Positions 62,182 to 64,000 of a stretch of DNA of 64,000 bases are shown piece after piece. Made by a program: the position numbers and the translations under genes. Position 1 is the first letter of the stretch. Every line of letters starts with the position of its first letter. Source of the DNA: an uncultured Alphaproteobacteria bacterium (lineage in GTDB: Bacteria > Pseudomonadota > Alphaproteobacteria > HIMB59 > GCA-002718135); the NCBI GenBank assembly GCA_902620425.1, contig CACNHX010000002.1:4804-68803 (forward strand), given 5' to 3'. Under the pieces are notes generated by a model. That model was not told where the DNA came from and did no database searches. It saw only the letters and a list, made by a program, of their open reading frames with translations.

Positions 62182-63938
62182 AAATTATTTTAATATTATT
62201 ATTTATTCTTTTCTCAAATTCTATTTTTGCAAATGAAGATAATGATTCTTCAGTAGAGGTAATTAATTTGTATGAAAATAAAAGTCTCGATCAAATGGTA
62301 TTAGAAAATCTTAATGAACAAGAAGTAATTGAAGAAATATTAGAAAATGCTGATAATAGTAATGAAATATCAGCAAATGAAATTGAAGTACAACAAATTG
62401 AAATCAATAAAAAAAATTTTATTCAGACAATTAAAACAAAAGATTTAGAAAACCATTTTCAGAATCTATTAAATATTAATTCCAAAACATTACAAATAGA
62501 AATAATTGAAGTTTTGGAAAACCTTCAATTGAATCTTGAAGTCGAAAAGGATAAAGAATTATTTTTCTTAGTGATAAATTATTTACAATCTATTGGTCAA
62601 ATTAATAAGTCTTATCAATTAATTGAAACTTATGATTTAAGTGATGATGAAAATTTTAATTTTTATACTGGAGTTAGATTAAATTATTTTTTATCGACTT
62701 TTCAATTAAATGAAGCTTGTAATTTTAAAGATGAATTAGATAAAAATTCAAAGTTGGATTTTTTCTTTATAGAGAAACTTGATATATTTTGTTTAATTTT
62801 AAACGATAATCAATCTGAGGCAAGTTTATTAAATTCAATTTTAATTGAAACAGAAAATAATTTAGATCTCTATTATCAAAGTTTGTTATCACTCATTTCT
62901 GACTCATCATTTGAGAAAGATTTTAATAATGAAATTAATTATTCTGAAATAAATAAAGAACTAATATTTTTATATAGTGCCATGACTAGAATTGCAGAAC
63001 TGCCTTTTTCAAATGATTTTTATGAACTTGATAAAAAAAATCTATCAATTCCCATAATTTTAAATCAATCTTCACCTATAGATTTAAGAATAAAAGCTGC
63101 GAATGATAGTTTTTTAGAAAATTTAATTACTGTAGAAAGTTTAGCAGCTTTATATATGTCAGCTGATTTTAACGCTGATCAATTAAATAATCCAAAAGAA
63201 ACACTAGCATCTTTTTCAGATAATAAAGAATTGGGCATGGCTTTTTTATTTCAATTAGTAAATATTCAAATATTCCCAAATGATAGATTAAATATTTTGA
63301 TACAATTTTGGGATTTTGCAAAAGAAAATGATTTAGAAGAAATTGCATATAAATTATCAATCAATATGCTAAGTTCTATTCAAGCTACTTCTGAAAATAT
63401 AATTTATGGACCAAAAATAGCTTCGGCATATATTTATAACAACAACTTTGAAAAAGCAGTAGATTGGATAGAATTATACGAAAACTCAAAAGAAGTAGAT
63501 TCAAAAAGTATTTATACAAGAATTTTATTAGATTTATATTCCTCTAATGATTTAAATTCTTTTATTAACTCTATAAATCTAACTTTGAATAGTTACACTT
63601 ATAATCAAGATAATCAAAATACTGAATTATTATATGTCCTTAAATCAGTGATGAATTTAGATATCGTCACAGATACAGAAATTAATTTAAATAAAATATT
63701 TGATGATAGATTAATGCCAGCAATATTTCTTTTTAATGAGATAAATAATAGTATCGTTAATAAAGATCATGAAAAATTTTTATTTTATTCATTAATTTCT
63801 TTAAATGATAAAGAATGGAGCAATTTGCATCCAGAACATCTTAAGCTTATACTTAATGGATATCTAAATTATAATGATGGAATTCTTTTTAGAAATATAA
63901 TTTTAGAAGTATTTAAAGATTATAAATTTATTATATGA
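62178..63938 (+). CDS. Large secreted/periplasmic hypothetical protein
   Basis: Signal peptide (..SIFA), acidic N-terminus, apparently alpha-helical body; no recognised catalytic motif. Confidence 0.75.
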   Translation: MKIILILLFILFSNSIFANEDNDSSVEVINLYENKSLDQMVLENLNEQEVIEEILENADNSNEISANEIEVQQIEINKKNFIQTIKTKDLENHFQNLLNINSKTLQIEIIEVLENLQLNLEVEKDKELFFLVINYLQSIGQINKSYQLIETYDLSDDENFNFYTGVRLNYFLSTFQLNEACNFKDELDKNSKLDFFFIEKLDIFCLILNDNQSEASLLNSILIETENNLDLYYQSLLSLISDSSFEKDFNNEINYSEINKELIFLYSAMTRIAELPFSNDFYELDKKNLSIPIILNQSSPIDLRIKAANDSFLENLITVESLAALYMSADFNADQLNNPKETLASFSDNKELGMAFLFQLVNIQIFPNDRLNILIQFWDFAKENDLEEIAYKLSINMLSSIQATSENIIYGPKIASAYIYNNNFEKAVDWIELYENSKEVDSKSIYTRILLDLYSSNDLNSFINSINLTLNSYTYNQDNQNTELLYVLKSVMNLDIVTDTEINLNKIFDDRLMPAIFLFNEINNSIVNKDHEKFLFYSLISLNDKEWSNLHPEHLKLILNGYLNYNDGILFRNIILEVFKDYKFII

Positions 63939-64000
63939 TAAAATATTTTGAATTTGAAAATGATATAGAAAAAATTGAAAATATTTTAAATCAATTAAGT
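63935..64000 (+). CDS. accA: Acetyl-CoA carboxylase carboxyltransferase alpha subunit, N-terminus (runs off the window)
   Basis: MIKYFEFENDIEKIENILNQLS resembles the AccA start (Y-L/F-x-F-E-x-x-I). ATGA overlap with the upstream gene, and the usual aroK-divergent synteny fits. Only 22 codons are visible. Confidence 0.6.
   Translation, partial: MIKYFEFENDIEKIENILNQLS

Overview
Very AT-rich, gene-dense chromosomal segment with many abutting or overlapping genes and almost no intergenic DNA. It comes from a streamlined alphaproteobacterium: ALA synthase HemA, class I LysRS, split PntA, COQ9 near rpsU, and the bolA-dnaJ-cobS-cobT and aroB-aroK neighbourhoods all point that way. A marine SAR11-like or HIMB59/AEGEAN-169-like lineage is my inference. 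The content is mostly core metabolism: a heme cluster (hemA, cytochrome b561, hemC with a long C-terminal extension, hemE, hemH, hemF, hemJ), nth, a peptide/nickel-family ABC importer with an M24 peptidase, a GcvT-family methylamine-acid dehydrogenase, uvrB, a two-gene saccharopine module, pyk and pfkA, transhydrogenase, ctaA divergent from an FNR/ferredoxin pair, marR-lysS-pyrD, rpmB-yhhQ-tgt, cobST, aroBK and the start of accA. I found no rRNA, tRNA, CRISPR array, integrase or transposase. The most interesting signals are a YhhQ plus Chlamydia-like TGT pair (probable queuine salvage), a probable HemC-HemD fusion, a hybrid saccharopine pathway, the DnaJ-CobS-CobT/BolA module with no cobN in the window, a MotB-like protein with a 63-aa coiled-coil repeat, two small ORFs missed by the ORF track, a perfect palindrome at the marR promoter, and the absence of xerD from its usual slot. 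All family assignments come from motif recognition; no database searches were run.
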